Counted from the stretch's first letter, positions 23,647 to 34,654 are shown. The stretch is DNA of 64,000 nucleotides from an uncultured virus (IMG/VR IMGVR_UViG_3300032560_000010) (IMGVR_UViG_3300032560_000010:1-64000), one strand, 5' to 3'. Notes: generated from the letters alone by a model not told the origin. Numbers and translations are program-made.

Positions 23647-23991
23647 TATGGTAGGAAAAATAATCAAACCGGAATTCTATTAAATTTAACTGATGGTGGA
23701 GATGGCAATCATGGTCAGGTCCACACCTTAGAACGTAGGGAAAAACAATCAAAATTTATAAAGAATAATAATCCATCTTTTGATCCAAAGGTTAAACAAA
23801 AATTAACCAATAAAGACTATATGAAAACTATAGAATATAAGCAAAAAATGAGTATACGCAAAAAAGGAACTATTTCCAAAACGAAAAGAAAAATAATATA
23901 TAAAGATAAAGTATATTATGGATGGTCCGAATTTACAAAATTAACTGGAATTTCCAGATATTCTTTCAATAAATTTCTTCAAATGTCTTGA
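23647..23991 (+). pseudogene. 5'-truncated GIY-YIG homing endonuclease remnant
   Basis: Open frame lacking an N-terminal start: YGRKNNQTGILLNLTDGGDG...KVYYGWSE; TATAAATA at 23632-23639. Confidence 0.75.
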
Positions 23992-24372
23992 ACTTATTCT
24001 AACAGTACACCAATCATTGAAATATTCGTTAGAGATTATAGCATCTCTAACGAATATTTCTTTTGTTTCTAGATAATTACACTCAGAAACAGAATAACAC
24101 AGATGTAGTATTCGTCTATTAAATTCTTCCTTACCATAATTATCGACTGCCGCCAATAAAGCTGGTGAAGAGCCGTAATAATCTTTCCAATCAGATTCTT
24201 TTCTTATCTTCTTTTTTACACCTTTTACCTGTTTGATTCCAGCAGCTGTAAAAAATTTTCTACCGATATACATTTTTCCTGTAGTAGGGTGAGTAATCAA
24301 ATAAACAAACCCATACGGTTGAGGTGAATAATCTTCCAAATTAAATTCATGACCTTTATAATACCAAGTCAT
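23941..24372 (-). CDS. denA: GIY-YIG endonuclease II-like
   Basis: YGFVYLIT...MYIGRKFF, ESDWKDYYGSS. Confidence 0.7.
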   Translation of the reverse strand: MTWYYKGHEFNLEDYSPQPYGFVYLITHPTTGKMYIGRKFFTAAGIKQVKGVKKKIRKESDWKDYYGSSPALLAAVDNYGKEEFNRRILHLCYSVSECNYLETKEIFVRDAIISNEYFNDWCTVRISSRHLKKFIERISGNSS

Positions 24373-24521
24373 TCTTCATCCTCTTTTTCTTCATCATCAT
24401 CTTCTTCTTCGATGATAGAAGAACAAAAAGGACAATATTCTATGGGATAAAAACTTTCCGATACAACTCTAAATTCTGTGTCACAACTTGAACACGTTAC
24501 CCAATTTCCAACTTTTGCCAT
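24369..24521 (-). CDS. small Zn-ribbon protein with acidic tail (50 aa)
   Basis: Hand translation ...CSSCDTEF...YCPFCSS...EEEDDDEE. Confidence 0.7.
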   Translation of the reverse strand: MAKVGNWVTCSSCDTEFRVVSESFYPIEYCPFCSSIIEEEDDDEEKEDEE

Positions 24522-24991
24522 TTTGTTACTAAAACTCCGCATTTCAATAAAAATTCTATACCATCTGTGGCATAGTCATCTTTATATATGACTTCAGAAA
24601 TTTTAGCATTCTTTAGCAACTTAGCACAATGAATGCAGGGGGCTAATGTAACAAAAGCAATAGCTCCCTCTGACGACTGATTAGAGGATGCTAACTTGGC
24701 GATGGCATTTTCTTCTGCATGGCTAACAGATGGATCCGTGACGAGTTTATAGCAACGTTCAAAAGTATCTGAATATGGAAAATCACAAAGATGATGGGAT
24801 TTGTCTAATCGATTATAATAGACCTTATATTCGCAACAATTATCCCATCCGTTAGGAGTTCCATTGTATCCAAATGATAGTATATTACCGTCTTTTACAA
24901 TAACACATCCAACTTTTCTACGCTCAGCGTATGATAGGGTGGCAGCATTTTCAGCTACCCCCATGAAAAAATCTACAAATTTCTTTTTCAT
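24497..24991 (-). CDS. cd: dCMP deaminase
   Basis: GYNGTP, HAEENAI, PCIHCAK motifs. Confidence 0.95.
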   Translation of the reverse strand: MKKKFVDFFMGVAENAATLSYAERRKVGCVIVKDGNILSFGYNGTPNGWDNCCEYKVYYNRLDKSHHLCDFPYSDTFERCYKLVTDPSVSHAEENAIAKLASSNQSSEGAIAFVTLAPCIHCAKLLKNAKISEVIYKDDYATDGIEFLLKCGVLVTKWQKLEIG

Positions 24992-25374
24992 TTAAAATTC
25001 TTATACAAAGAATTAGAAGATATAAAATTATCTTTCCAATTCCAATCATCAAGAACCAATTGATTAAATGTGGTGTCGTCTATTTCAATAACATCTTCCA
25101 CAGATAGCTCTAGCATGCGTATAGCCTTATCATAACTATTTTCGTATGATTTTGGAGCAGCAGGAGTATACTTCATATCTTTAAATTGATCAAGATTTGC
25201 AGATTTGGCCAATTTTAGATTATTCTTTGCAATAAACAAAACTAATGACTTATAATCTTCTACTGCCTCTACAAATTCATCGATATGTTTACTTCTATTA
25301 TTTTTAATGATACCAAGTAATTCATCTTTATTAATTTTAACACTTTTCATAACATTCCTTTCAATATTTTGCAT
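24988..25374 (-). CDS. conserved hypothetical protein
   Basis: YDKAIRMLELS...LDDWNW. Confidence 0.75.
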   Translation of the reverse strand: MQNIERNVMKSVKINKDELLGIIKNNRSKHIDEFVEAVEDYKSLVLFIAKNNLKLAKSANLDQFKDMKYTPAAPKSYENSYDKAIRMLELSVEDVIEIDDTTFNQLVLDDWNWKDNFISSNSLYKNFK

Positions 25375-25376
25375 AA

Positions 25377-25727
25377 TTAGTTATCCCCAAATATACCCTC
25401 TAAATCTACCCCAACATATTCTGCTAGTTGTTTGATTAACGCAACTTTAGCATCCATATGGCAATCAGGTTGACCTGTTTGTTCATCGAATCTTTTAGCA
25501 GCTTTTAACAGAATCTTAAGTTCTTCTACTTCCCTTTTAAGGGCTTCAAATTCATCCCTAGTAGGAAACGTTTTGCTTAAATCCAAAGGGTTTGGATATG
25601 GATTAGCAGTAGGAGGATTTAATGGCCAAACACCACCGGGCGAAACCCATGGGTATTTTTGTGGAATGGATGTTCCAAAATAATCGCCAACATAAGATAC
25701 CGCACACATATTCATTCTCCTATCCAT
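25377..25727 (-). CDS. hypothetical protein
   Basis: MCAVS...QPDC pattern. Confidence 0.7.
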   Translation of the reverse strand: MDRRMNMCAVSYVGDYFGTSIPQKYPWVSPGGVWPLNPPTANPYPNPLDLSKTFPTRDEFEALKREVEELKILLKAAKRFDEQTGQPDCHMDAKVALIKQLAEYVGVDLEGIFGDN

Positions 25728-25884
25728 TCAATCTGATTTAAAGGAAGGATTCTAATTTCTTCTTCCCCCTTATCATTCATTAATACAAATCTAACTCGGG
25801 ATGAATTGGTAAAATTCTGATATTCAACGACATCCCAAATTTTACCCGAATCCTCCCAATTATCATTATCTATTCTTATTTGCT

Positions 25885-27735
25885 TCATATTTCACATCCT
25901 CCTCCTGCACAAGCTGCCTGTTCAGATAATTTGGTGTCATCATAATCCTCAACAACCTGCGTAAGATCTATATTATGAATATGTTTCACCATATCATTAA
26001 ACTGGTCCTCTGTTATATCTTCAAATGGAGCCTGAATATAAGATCCTCCATCATAAGGAAGAACAGAAATGCCATTATATACTGTTCTATTATTCCACAT
26101 CCAAACACCACATCTACCCCATTCACTCGGCTTTAATGAAATAGTGCAAGATACATTATTATAATTAGGTCCGCTACGGTGGCCTGTCTGCACCCATTCT
26201 AAATTGAACTTGGCAACTCTCTTAAGTAGCGACATAAAGCTTTCAGTACGAATTATAGCACCAGATGGAGCCTTTTGAGGAAACATCATCATGGCCTCTA
26301 AATGAGGTTTAAAATGGCAATCTTCGATAAGATCAGGAAGATTATTTACCATATATTCATATAAGGCTTCATTTTTACCAACCCGCATTCTACGGATATA
26401 GAAATCATTATGCCACCCATGAATACCAGAAGATGATCCCAACACACAGCTAGTTGATCCAGCTGGTTTTTCTGTAGTAGATCTAGCAGCAGGATTAATG
26501 CCTATTCTCTTTGCGAGAGATTCATTTTCTGCCATGACAATAGCAGCCGCTTCTTGCAAATTCAATTTTGTTATTTTATTTGATGCAATACCAGTAAAAG
26601 ATACTCCAATTAATGCATCTCGTTCAGTAACTTCTTTCCAAATAGGACGAAGATAATGAAGATCAGTATATGAAGCTTGTAATGTACCGATAAACGCCGC
26701 AGCTTTTACTCTAGAATTTAATTCTTCTTGAGTATCGCAATCACTTGCATTCACCTCTACGAGGTTACAAAATTGATATGATGCCAGAGAAATTTCTCCA
26801 CATGGATTCGTGCCATATTCTAGATCATTTGTCCATATAATTCCGGGCTCGCCTGCACCAGATTCTTCAACTTTTTTCCAAATATCAAAGAACATTTCTT
26901 CAGTTGTAGACTCTCGTAACAAGATAACACTATTGTTAGCACGACCTCTTTGAGGATTGGTTTCCCACCATAATCCCGATTTACTAGACATCATATCAAG
27001 GTCATCTGGTGAAAAAAGTGCAATCATTGCAGCTCTACGAATACCACCAGCTAAAACTGCATCTGCAATAAAACAAAGAATATCATGAGCTTCTAAAGTT
27101 GTAAGTTTTCTACCAATGGCAGCATTCATAATTGCTCTAATTTGTTCAATACAAATTCGTAATGGATCTGGTCCGGGAGCTTTGCCACCAGAGGTTACTA
27201 ATCTAGCACCTTTTTGCCTAATGTCTCTGTAATCAAAGATTGGATCAGACTTTCCCTCATAATAAGATCGTACCAAGACTTTGATCGCATCTGCCCAGCC
27301 TTCGATAGAGTCACCTACAAGAAATCTTCTAGTTTTTTCTTTTGGACCTTTAATTATAGGTAATTTACCTATATGGTGCTTTTGAACAGAATATCCTACA
27401 CCCGTTCCAGATAGCAAAAGAAACATTGTTTCTGGAAACGCATCTAATGAGTCGATAGGAAGAAATGAGCAATTAAAAATACGGGTATTAGAAAGTTCGA
27501 TAGGACGACCTGCAAATTGCATAGAACGCATTGAAGGCAAGACTTTTTTAGTAAGAACGAAATTTTTATATACTTTCTTAATTTCTGGTGTCAACATGGG
27601 GAATTTTTTAATATGCATTTGCATATTACGATCACATAATTCTGCCCATGTTTCTCTTCGTTTTAATTCTGGTATATATTTGGCATACTTAGAAAAAATT
27701 GTGACTTGACTTAAAACTTCTTGTGTAGTGTCCAT
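25885..27735 (-). CDS. nrdJ: class II (B12-dependent) ribonucleotide reductase
   Basis: FNC, RRAAMI, TNPCGEI, KPAGS and C-terminal CAGGGCEI; no beta subunit nearby. Confidence 0.9.
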   Translation of the reverse strand: MDTTQEVLSQVTIFSKYAKYIPELKRRETWAELCDRNMQMHIKKFPMLTPEIKKVYKNFVLTKKVLPSMRSMQFAGRPIELSNTRIFNCSFLPIDSLDAFPETMFLLLSGTGVGYSVQKHHIGKLPIIKGPKEKTRRFLVGDSIEGWADAIKVLVRSYYEGKSDPIFDYRDIRQKGARLVTSGGKAPGPDPLRICIEQIRAIMNAAIGRKLTTLEAHDILCFIADAVLAGGIRRAAMIALFSPDDLDMMSSKSGLWWETNPQRGRANNSVILLRESTTEEMFFDIWKKVEESGAGEPGIIWTNDLEYGTNPCGEISLASYQFCNLVEVNASDCDTQEELNSRVKAAAFIGTLQASYTDLHYLRPIWKEVTERDALIGVSFTGIASNKITKLNLQEAAAIVMAENESLAKRIGINPAARSTTEKPAGSTSCVLGSSSGIHGWHNDFYIRRMRVGKNEALYEYMVNNLPDLIEDCHFKPHLEAMMMFPQKAPSGAIIRTESFMSLLKRVAKFNLEWVQTGHRSGPNYNNVSCTISLKPSEWGRCGVWMWNNRTVYNGISVLPYDGGSYIQAPFEDITEDQFNDMVKHIHNIDLTQVVEDYDDTKLSEQAACAGGGCEI

Positions 27736-27751
27736 GTAAGAGATTCCAATA

Positions 27752-27958
27752 TTATAATGTTGGTATAAGAAATTGTTTGATGCCTAACCAAATTTCCCTA
27801 CTAGCTTCACTTAATTCCATACCTTCTGGGATAGTTACTTCCCCTGTATCAGTATCGATACTAATTCCACTTTTATGAAATTTGATATTATGAAAATGGG
27901 TATCATTGAAAGTTTTAGCATACTCATTTAAATAAGGCTGTACTATTATATCTTTCAC
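27752..27958 (-). CDS. hypothetical protein (likely GTG start)
   Basis: Overlaps the thyA stop. Confidence 0.55.
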   Translation of the reverse strand: MKDIIVQPYLNEYAKTFNDTHFHNIKFHKSGISIDTDTGEVTIPEGMELSEASREIWLGIKQFLIPTL

Positions 27959-28947
27959 TTGGATACCTTGGCTTTTATGGCAGGATGAGGATCGTAATCT
28001 TCTACTTGGATATCGCTCCAAATAAGATCGTAGATTCCTTTATCACTAGGTATATAGATGTTAGGAAAGGGTGTAGGATGTCTTAAAAGCTGTTTTTTTG
28101 CCTGTTCAAGATGATTTGCGTAAAGATGTAAATCACCAAATGTATGAACAAATTCTCCTACCTCTAACCCTACCTCATTAGCGATTAAATGGACTAGGAG
28201 GGCGTATGAAGCTATATTGAATGGTACACCTAGGAATATGTCAGCCGACCTTTGATATAGTTGACAGGAGAGCTTTCCGTCTTGTACGAAAAATTGAAAA
28301 AGACAATGACACGGCGGTAATGCCATTTCATCAATTTGAGCTGGGTTCCATGCTGTCACAACATGTCGTCTGGAATAAGGATCTTTTTTAAGGTTCGCAA
28401 TCAAATCTTTAATCTGATCAAATTTCAGTAAAACTTTAACAGGACCACCCGGACCTAATCCTAGTCCACGCATTCCCCACCCTTCCCATTTTCGCCATTG
28501 GGCACCATATACCGGTCCTAACTCACCATTTTCATCTGCCCATTCATCCCAAATACGGATACCTTGATCCTGTAAAGGTTTAATATTAGTGGATCCAGAT
28601 AAAAACCATAAAAGTTCACCGAACACAGATTTAATATGAATTTTCTTGGTTGTTAATAATGGAAATCCAGCAGATAGATCAAACCTAATTTGTCGGCCAA
28701 ATACACCATATGTTCCACCATTTCTACCTTCTCGATATACTCCATTATCAACCACATCTTTCAAAATATCCAAATATTGATATTCTCCGTGATCTAATAC
28801 TAACTGAGAATCGCTAAAAATATGTTCCCATTTATCTTTGTGTTTTACAATACACTTATCTTCAGCTTCATATACTGCACACACAGTTCCTACAAACGGA
28901 TATCCGGTTATTTTGCGAACTTTATCACCAATTTTAAATTTACTCAC
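27955..28947 (-). CDS. thyA: thymidylate synthase ThyA with N-terminal DfrB(R67)-like SH3 domain
   Basis: [26 protein letters not shown] motifs; N-terminal [11 protein letters not shown]...HIF..L. Confidence 0.95.
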   Translation of the reverse strand: MSKFKIGDKVRKITGYPFVGTVCAVYEAEDKCIVKHKDKWEHIFSDSQLVLDHGEYQYLDILKDVVDNGVYREGRNGGTYGVFGRQIRFDLSAGFPLLTTKKIHIKSVFGELLWFLSGSTNIKPLQDQGIRIWDEWADENGELGPVYGAQWRKWEGWGMRGLGLGPGGPVKVLLKFDQIKDLIANLKKDPYSRRHVVTAWNPAQIDEMALPPCHCLFQFFVQDGKLSCQLYQRSADIFLGVPFNIASYALLVHLIANEVGLEVGEFVHTFGDLHLYANHLEQAKKQLLRHPTPFPNIYIPSDKGIYDLIWSDIQVEDYDPHPAIKAKVSK

Positions 28948-29290
28948 CAGTAGAAATCCTATCAAACATTACAGAGTTATGAGATCCTTTTATTTCTCTA
29001 AAGGAATATGACGAAGAAGAATCACCGATATTACATTTCGTAACAGTAAGTTTATCTCCGATATTAATACCGTTACTCTCCACATTAAGTTTTTGGTACG
29101 GATAGCCATGAAATCCATTATATTGGACAACTTCTCCCTGTTGTGCCCAATTAGCCTTGGCGTCTTCTACTGAGAGAATAGGCGTACATACGCCATTTTT
29201 AATCCTACCATAATCAGAAATATATCCTAATTTCTCTAGTTCATCAAATCCTTCATAACTCAATTCTGCCATAATTACACCTTTTTCCAA
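28940..29290 (-). CDS. hypothetical protein
   Basis: ORF track. Confidence 0.65.
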   Translation of the reverse strand: MEKGVIMAELSYEGFDELEKLGYISDYGRIKNGVCTPILSVEDAKANWAQQGEVVQYNGFHGYPYQKLNVESNGINIGDKLTVTKCNIGDSSSSYSFREIKGSHNSVMFDRISTGE

Positions 29291-30306
29291 TTAACAAATT
29301 TTAATTTTGCATTTAACCCTGAATAAGAGTTCTGATCAATAATTTCTTTTATAGTATCTGGACTCAATCCTGCCAGAATCATATCATTTATATCTTTACC
29401 AACTATTGTATCTGGCCATAGGCATACAGTCCAACCATTTTCGATTAACTTATGTATTTTTTTAACAATTTCTTTATTTCGAGGTTCGTTGTCAAATACA
29501 ACAGTTGTCAATTCTTTATCGAAAATGTTGATATCGATATCTGAACCTGCCATAGCAGCAGAATTAGGTATAAACATAGAATCAATTGGACCTTCAAATA
29601 GATATACCCTCTTAGAGATATCTATTTGATCTAAACCAAATATCTTGGTAAAATTACCTCTTACCATGATGGTGATATATCGGGTTTTTGCGTTAGCGTT
29701 TAATGCTCTACCTTGATATCCGAACATGTTACCAGATTTATCAAAAAAAGGCAATACAATTCTTGGCTCATCATTAAGCTTTCCAGTATCGGAATTAACC
29801 TTAAATTTATCTGGAATTATGGAATTAGTCCATTTACAAAATGTAGGAGTATAATATATCCTAAAATGTTGTGAATATGGAATTTTCCGAGATTCTATAT
29901 ATTTTTTAGCTTGATGCCCAGACGATAATTGAGAGATTTTTTTAATCTCTTTCAACGGTGCATTTGGTGTAGCAGTCATATAAACATGCGATACCTCTGG
30001 CTCTTTCGAAGGAGGCGCATTTTTATATTTTTCTGTAAAAATTTCTAAATCATATTCACGCATCATATCGATATTCAAATCTTTTAATAGAGATTTCACA
30101 GACCTGACAGAACCACAATTATGACATTTATAAAGAATCTTATCTTTTTGTGTAAAAAGATAAGCCCTTGCTTTATTCAGATCCTTCTTAGAGTCTCCGC
30201 ATATGTAACAACGGCAATTGGCCAAAAACGGATTAAAGCTTTTGACCTTATACAATTGTAATTGCGGTGAAATTAGGGAAATAAATTTAGAATCAATCCA
30301 GAACAT
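29275..30306 (-). CDS. 61: DNA primase (gp61)
   Basis: CYICGDS...CHNCG Zn finger; EGPIDSMF, DNEPRN, KDIND motifs. Confidence 0.95.
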   Translation of the reverse strand: MFWIDSKFISLISPQLQLYKVKSFNPFLANCRCYICGDSKKDLNKARAYLFTQKDKILYKCHNCGSVRSVKSLLKDLNIDMMREYDLEIFTEKYKNAPPSKEPEVSHVYMTATPNAPLKEIKKISQLSSGHQAKKYIESRKIPYSQHFRIYYTPTFCKWTNSIIPDKFKVNSDTGKLNDEPRIVLPFFDKSGNMFGYQGRALNANAKTRYITIMVRGNFTKIFGLDQIDISKRVYLFEGPIDSMFIPNSAAMAGSDIDINIFDKELTTVVFDNEPRNKEIVKKIHKLIENGWTVCLWPDTIVGKDINDMILAGLSPDTIKEIIDQNSYSGLNAKLKFVNWKKV

Positions 30307-30358
30307 AATAAATCCAATATAACAATTTTACTGATAATGCCATATTGGATTGTGTTTG

Positions 30359-30721
30359 TCAATGTATAATTGAATATCCGAAAAAATTTGTCAATTTGGA
30401 CAATATGAACCCTAAAATTCCAGCAGCTCCAACTACTATCCAGCGCCATTTATCTAAATCAAGTATTTTTGAATGAATATCAGCCAAAATTTCATTTTGC
30501 TTATTAATAGATAAATCGAAATCAAGTTTCAATTTATTAATATCGCTTTTGACTTCTTCTCTTAGGTCGTCCATTCTATTATATATCTTCTCGGTTACTT
30601 GATTATGAGCTTCTCTATGTTTTTCTGCTGAACTTTTTATTTCTATAAGAGAGCTATTTATAGTAGAAATTTCTCTTTCTAATAAAGAAATTCTGGTTTC
30701 TGTTGGTTTTTCGACAGGCAT
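30359..30721 (-). CDS. coiled-coil protein with C-terminal TM
   Basis: KWRWIVVGAAGILGF. Confidence 0.7.
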   Translation of the reverse strand: MPVEKPTETRISLLEREISTINSSLIEIKSSAEKHREAHNQVTEKIYNRMDDLREEVKSDINKLKLDFDLSINKQNEILADIHSKILDLDKWRWIVVGAAGILGFILSKLTNFFGYSIIH

Positions 30722-30722
30722 A

Positions 30723-31184
30723 TCAATCATCCTTTGTGAACTTGTTAACGTGGCCATGATATTCTTTAGGACGCCATTTACCACTTTCACCGGAGCGAAT
30801 TGTCACCATATCCTTTTCAATTTTTGAAACTACGCCCCTAAACCCAACACCACCTTTTACGGCAAATCCAAGATGGCCTTTATCTCCAATTTTGACAAAT
30901 CCGGTAGGATCTTTGGATGTTTTGGAATTAGAAGCTGTAATGGAAGCTTGTTTATATTTCATTTCTTCCATTTGAGGTCTTACCATGCCAACTCTTGCTT
31001 GTCTGTGTCGTAGAGTTGGTTGGGCATTTTTTACAATTTTTTGTTGATTCTTTTTAGATACAGGTACAGTTTTATCTGGATTATCTCCTGCGCCAGAGAT
31101 CCCACTTGTGTTAGTAGCAGGCGCAGCTGTACTAATGCCACCAACTACCCCATCTTCTTGCATGAAATCTCTAAAACTTTTCAT
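30723..31184 (-). CDS. putative internal virion protein
   Basis: MKSFRDFMQE leader. Confidence 0.6.
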   Translation of the reverse strand: MKSFRDFMQEDGVVGGISTAAPATNTSGISGAGDNPDKTVPVSKKNQQKIVKNAQPTLRHRQARVGMVRPQMEEMKYKQASITASNSKTSKDPTGFVKIGDKGHLGFAVKGGVGFRGVVSKIEKDMVTIRSGESGKWRPKEYHGHVNKFTKDD

Positions 31185-31573
31185 ATTTGGTCTAATGCCT
31201 TCTTTATATTTTCATCTGCTTCGATATCAGAACACACAATAATTCGACTTTTATATCCTATATTGTCAACTCTTTTTGGTAAATATCCCAAATATTCAAT
31301 AAACGGTTTAAGATATTTATGTAATCCATCAAGTCTAAAAAATAACATACGAGTTGCAGGGATCACACCAAAAATATTATATATGACTATTATATGATTG
31401 AGAATCAATGTTTCTTTTAAAACCCCTGTTTCACAATACTTATTAAGTAATCTTTTAATATACTTGAATCTATTCAGATCAATTAAAAATTCCTCAGTAT
31501 CGAAACACTCAGGATTATCATAATTTTTAGCAGCATAAAGTAAAAAATTTGTCTCGTCTAATTTTTCTATCAT
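31181..31573 (-). CDS. conserved T4-like hypothetical protein
   Basis: NFLLYAAKNYDNP...RFKYIKRLL...LILNH. Confidence 0.75.
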   Translation of the reverse strand: MIEKLDETNFLLYAAKNYDNPECFDTEEFLIDLNRFKYIKRLLNKYCETGVLKETLILNHIIVIYNIFGVIPATRMLFFRLDGLHKYLKPFIEYLGYLPKRVDNIGYKSRIIVCSDIEADENIKKALDQI

Positions 31574-32067
31574 GATGTTCCATATGAGTGAGGCAAATTC
31601 CAATGACCGTCTGTGAAAATTAAAGTTATTACACAACTTCCAGAAGTTAAATTATATATTGCGTTAGTGAAGGGAAGCCATGTTGCAACCGTACCTTCTT
31701 GAATTTGAAGACCTTTACTCCATCTTGCATTTTGGATTGATAGTGAAGTAGCTTCATTAGAAAAAATATTGGTTGGTAATTTAGCAGGAACAAGATATAT
31801 TATTTGATTTTCAGTTCCATTAGGTAAAACATATGAATTAGATCCACTAATTGTTGGTGCCAATTTATGAATATTTTTTGTAATATCTAATGTTACAGAG
31901 CCGCCAGAGCTATTAATGCTTTCGCTAGTTGGTGCTGTAAATGACTGCAAAGAAGTAGCAGCAAATGCATATGTGTTGCCATCACTTCTTTGCAGGATCA
32001 TCAAATCAGAGGTTTGTATTGTGGCCGTGTTTGATGTATTGTAGATATCGCTGAAGGTTTTACCCAT
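31570..32067 (-). CDS. putative virion structural protein
   Basis: S/T-rich; late operon. Confidence 0.55.
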   Translation of the reverse strand: MGKTFSDIYNTSNTATIQTSDLMILQRSDGNTYAFAATSLQSFTAPTSESINSSGGSVTLDITKNIHKLAPTISGSNSYVLPNGTENQIIYLVPAKLPTNIFSNEATSLSIQNARWSKGLQIQEGTVATWLPFTNAIYNLTSGSCVITLIFTDGHWNLPHSYGTS

Positions 32068-32079
32068 AAAAATATCCTA

Positions 32080-32661
32080 TTAAGGAGTGGTAGAACCACC
32101 ACCGGATACAGAGTTGTTAGCCATGCCTTTAACTACAGCAAGAATTTCACGATTAATTCTTCCTGCACGTCCACCAGCGGTTGCAACAAATCCAGTTGCA
32201 GTGGCATTGCCAGTTGCAGTACCACCAGTTGCATTGGTCACAGTTATGGTATTATTGACTGTTAAGAATCCAGATCCGGGAGTAGTGATGGTTGTGGTTA
32301 AAATTCCGCCAGTTGCATTGGTGCTGAAATTGACGACAGCGTTACCGCCAGCTTGCGTAGAAGTGACTCTGATTACATCTGTGTTGTTGTATGAAAGAGT
32401 TTCAGCCGGTACTGTTACGCCAACTATAGAACCTGTTCCTTGTTTGGTTAGAACCCACCCCGGCCCAATACTTTTAGGGCTTAAGGTATGTGCTTCTGCA
32501 ACGTCAACCCCAAATACACCTTCGGCTACATTAGGCTGAAATGCACCAACTGTTGTATTAGCATATACGACATTACCAGTGGTATGTGTAGACGATCCAA
32601 CTGTGATATTTTTCCATTTAGGCGCATTATTTGCAGCGTCTATATTTCCCCATAATGGCAT
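32080..32661 (-). CDS. putative virion structural protein (MPLWG family)
   Basis: MPLWG, FGVD, PGWV, GRINREIL; T/G-rich. Confidence 0.65.
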   Translation of the reverse strand: MPLWGNIDAANNAPKWKNITVGSSTHTTGNVVYANTTVGAFQPNVAEGVFGVDVAEAHTLSPKSIGPGWVLTKQGTGSIVGVTVPAETLSYNNTDVIRVTSTQAGGNAVVNFSTNATGGILTTTITTPGSGFLTVNNTITVTNATGGTATGNATATGFVATAGGRAGRINREILAVVKGMANNSVSGGGSTTP

Positions 32662-32675
32662 TGATTATCTCCTTA

Positions 32676-33686
32676 TTAATTCTTATATTTAGTAACATAA
32701 TCCATGAATGGCATTTTACCCTGTTCAACTTGGATCCAATCATTTCTTTGCACATCGGAAACATTCCCACTAAGAACATCTTCCATAGATTCTGCATACA
32801 TTTTACGAATATCTCTTGTCCCGGTTGATATTTTCGAAATAACATCCTCTAATCCCATATTACGCTTGGTAACAACGAAATCAGTCATAACAGACTCTTG
32901 AATATTTTTCTTATTCACTGATGCTGCTGTGTTATATGAATCTCCATCTTTTCCGGCAACAATATGAGTAGAAGTTCCGGTAGGAATTCCACTTACAACT
33001 GGTTGTTTTTTATTTTTATTATATATTTCGCCAGTTTGCCCAGATGCAATATTAGATAAAGTTGTATCAATTTGTTTTGCCAATGTTCCGGCTTCTTCTT
33101 TAACGCCAAGAATATCCTGTACAGCTTTCACATGAGGACGGCTATTACCACCGTGTAGAACACAATCACATATTTTAGAATTTAATTCTCTTAATTCAGC
33201 AGATCTTGGATGATTATTTTTTATAGCCGATTTAGCCATATCTGATGCCTTAGTTTCTGGCCATTGTGAATCAGCTGATACACCTTCTTTTAATGGTGAT
33301 TCTTCTGGAAAAATAGCTTTATAACCAGAAGTAGGTTTTAGCTTTTTATATAAGCTAGTACGTCTATCACTAAGAGGACCAGATAGATATCCCAATTTTT
33401 TATGTTGGGCTAATATATCTTTGGCTTCCTTATGGTCTTCTTCTGACCCACAATGTTTAGCAATCAATACTGCATTCTCCGAATGAGCATTACGATCTTC
33501 GTTACGGTCGAATTGCTTTCTAATTTTCTTAAAATCAGTAGCTGTGCCCACATCTTCTTGTAATCCAAGTTTATGGCGAACACTGGACAGTACATCACTA
33601 GAAATATGTTTATCTGGCTGATTACCTAATCTAGGTTCAATTTGCTCATTTAAAGATGAAATATTATATTTGTTGACGATAGCCAT
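32676..33686 (-). CDS. putative internal head protein
   Basis: CATAAATA at 33712-33719; repeated (L/I/V)xE candidate gp21 cleavage sites. Confidence 0.55.
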   Translation of the reverse strand: MAIVNKYNISSLNEQIEPRLGNQPDKHISSDVLSSVRHKLGLQEDVGTATDFKKIRKQFDRNEDRNAHSENAVLIAKHCGSEEDHKEAKDILAQHKKLGYLSGPLSDRRTSLYKKLKPTSGYKAIFPEESPLKEGVSADSQWPETKASDMAKSAIKNNHPRSAELRELNSKICDCVLHGGNSRPHVKAVQDILGVKEEAGTLAKQIDTTLSNIASGQTGEIYNKNKKQPVVSGIPTGTSTHIVAGKDGDSYNTAASVNKKNIQESVMTDFVVTKRNMGLEDVISKISTGTRDIRKMYAESMEDVLSGNVSDVQRNDWIQVEQGKMPFMDYVTKYKN

Positions 33687-33723
33687 TATTATCTCCTAAA
33701 ATCTGTTATTATATTTATGATTT

Positions 33724-34071
33724 TCATGATTCTAGTTTTTTCATACAATTTTTTAAAATTATATTTTCTGTAGATTCGCCCATGTTCGTAATGGTTTCGA
33801 TATGCTTACCCTTATGCTCTGGATATGCTGCCAAAAATTTTTTTCTAGCCTCTTTTTTAGATTTAGCATGAATTGAAACCATCAAATGGCCGTCTACATA
33901 AACATCTCGTTTAGATTCATGATCATCTTCGCTTAACTTTTTAGGATTATTTGCTCTCCACCCCTTAAGAAGGCTATGGATCATTTTAGATTCTTTTCCA
34001 GTAATTTTATTTCCAGATCTATTTGAAGCCGAGATAGATTTATCTACCGCATCTTTATTATAGTCAACCAT
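33724..34071 (-). CDS. hypothetical late protein
   Basis: ORF in late operon. Confidence 0.6.
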   Translation of the reverse strand: MVDYNKDAVDKSISASNRSGNKITGKESKMIHSLLKGWRANNPKKLSEDDHESKRDVYVDGHLMVSIHAKSKKEARKKFLAAYPEHKGKHIETITNMGESTENIILKNCMKKLES

Positions 34072-34654
34072 TTTTCTTGCCCTTTATTGGTTCAATCTCT
34101 GTAGCATTGAGATTGATATTATGGCCGCCATCAGCAGAAACAACGTACATGCCGGAACTTTTGTCGAAGAAATCAATATTTCCTGTTCCCTCGTATCCAA
34201 CTTTGTTAATTTTAACTTTGGTCCCTCTAGTGAATCCGCCATCATTAGGAAGCTCTGTCGTACCAGTTTTCTCAGTAGTAGGGATAGAATTAAGCGTACC
34301 TGAAAGGTTTTGTTTAATTGCATCGGTTGTGCCTCCACTTTCTAAATCTGGCCATTCACTTATAACGTCATCTATGAAATTATCTCTTTTGTTTTCTCTA
34401 CGTCTCCAAGACTGAAAATTCACAGGTAAATTACTATCTAATCCAATATTTCCAGCTTTTTTTGGACGAGATAATTTATTTAATGAAGATTTTTTACCAT
34501 TATTATCTCTAGCCGCAAATGTAGGATCTGGACCTTCACTGATTGATCTGTTTATGATAACTTCATTTGGTATTTTACCAGTTAAAGTTACTTCACGCTT
34601 AGGCTCTAGTCCTAATCGCCCTCGTATAAAATTGACAAACTCGCCCATATACAC
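34064..34654 (-). CDS. hypothetical late protein
   Basis: CATAAATA at 34675-34682. Confidence 0.6.
   Translation of the reverse strand: MYMGEFVNFIRGRLGLEPKREVTLTGKIPNEVIINRSISEGPDPTFAARDNNGKKSSLNKLSRPKKAGNIGLDSNLPVNFQSWRRRENKRDNFIDDVISEWPDLESGGTTDAIKQNLSGTLNSIPTTEKTGTTELPNDGGFTRGTKVKINKVGYEGTGNIDFFDKSSGMYVVSADGGHNINLNATEIEPIKGKKNG

Noticed and set aside
25885..28947. Group I introns or inteins in nrdJ/thyA (also gp43, gp41, uvsX)
   Set aside because: Reading frames are continuous and of normal length.
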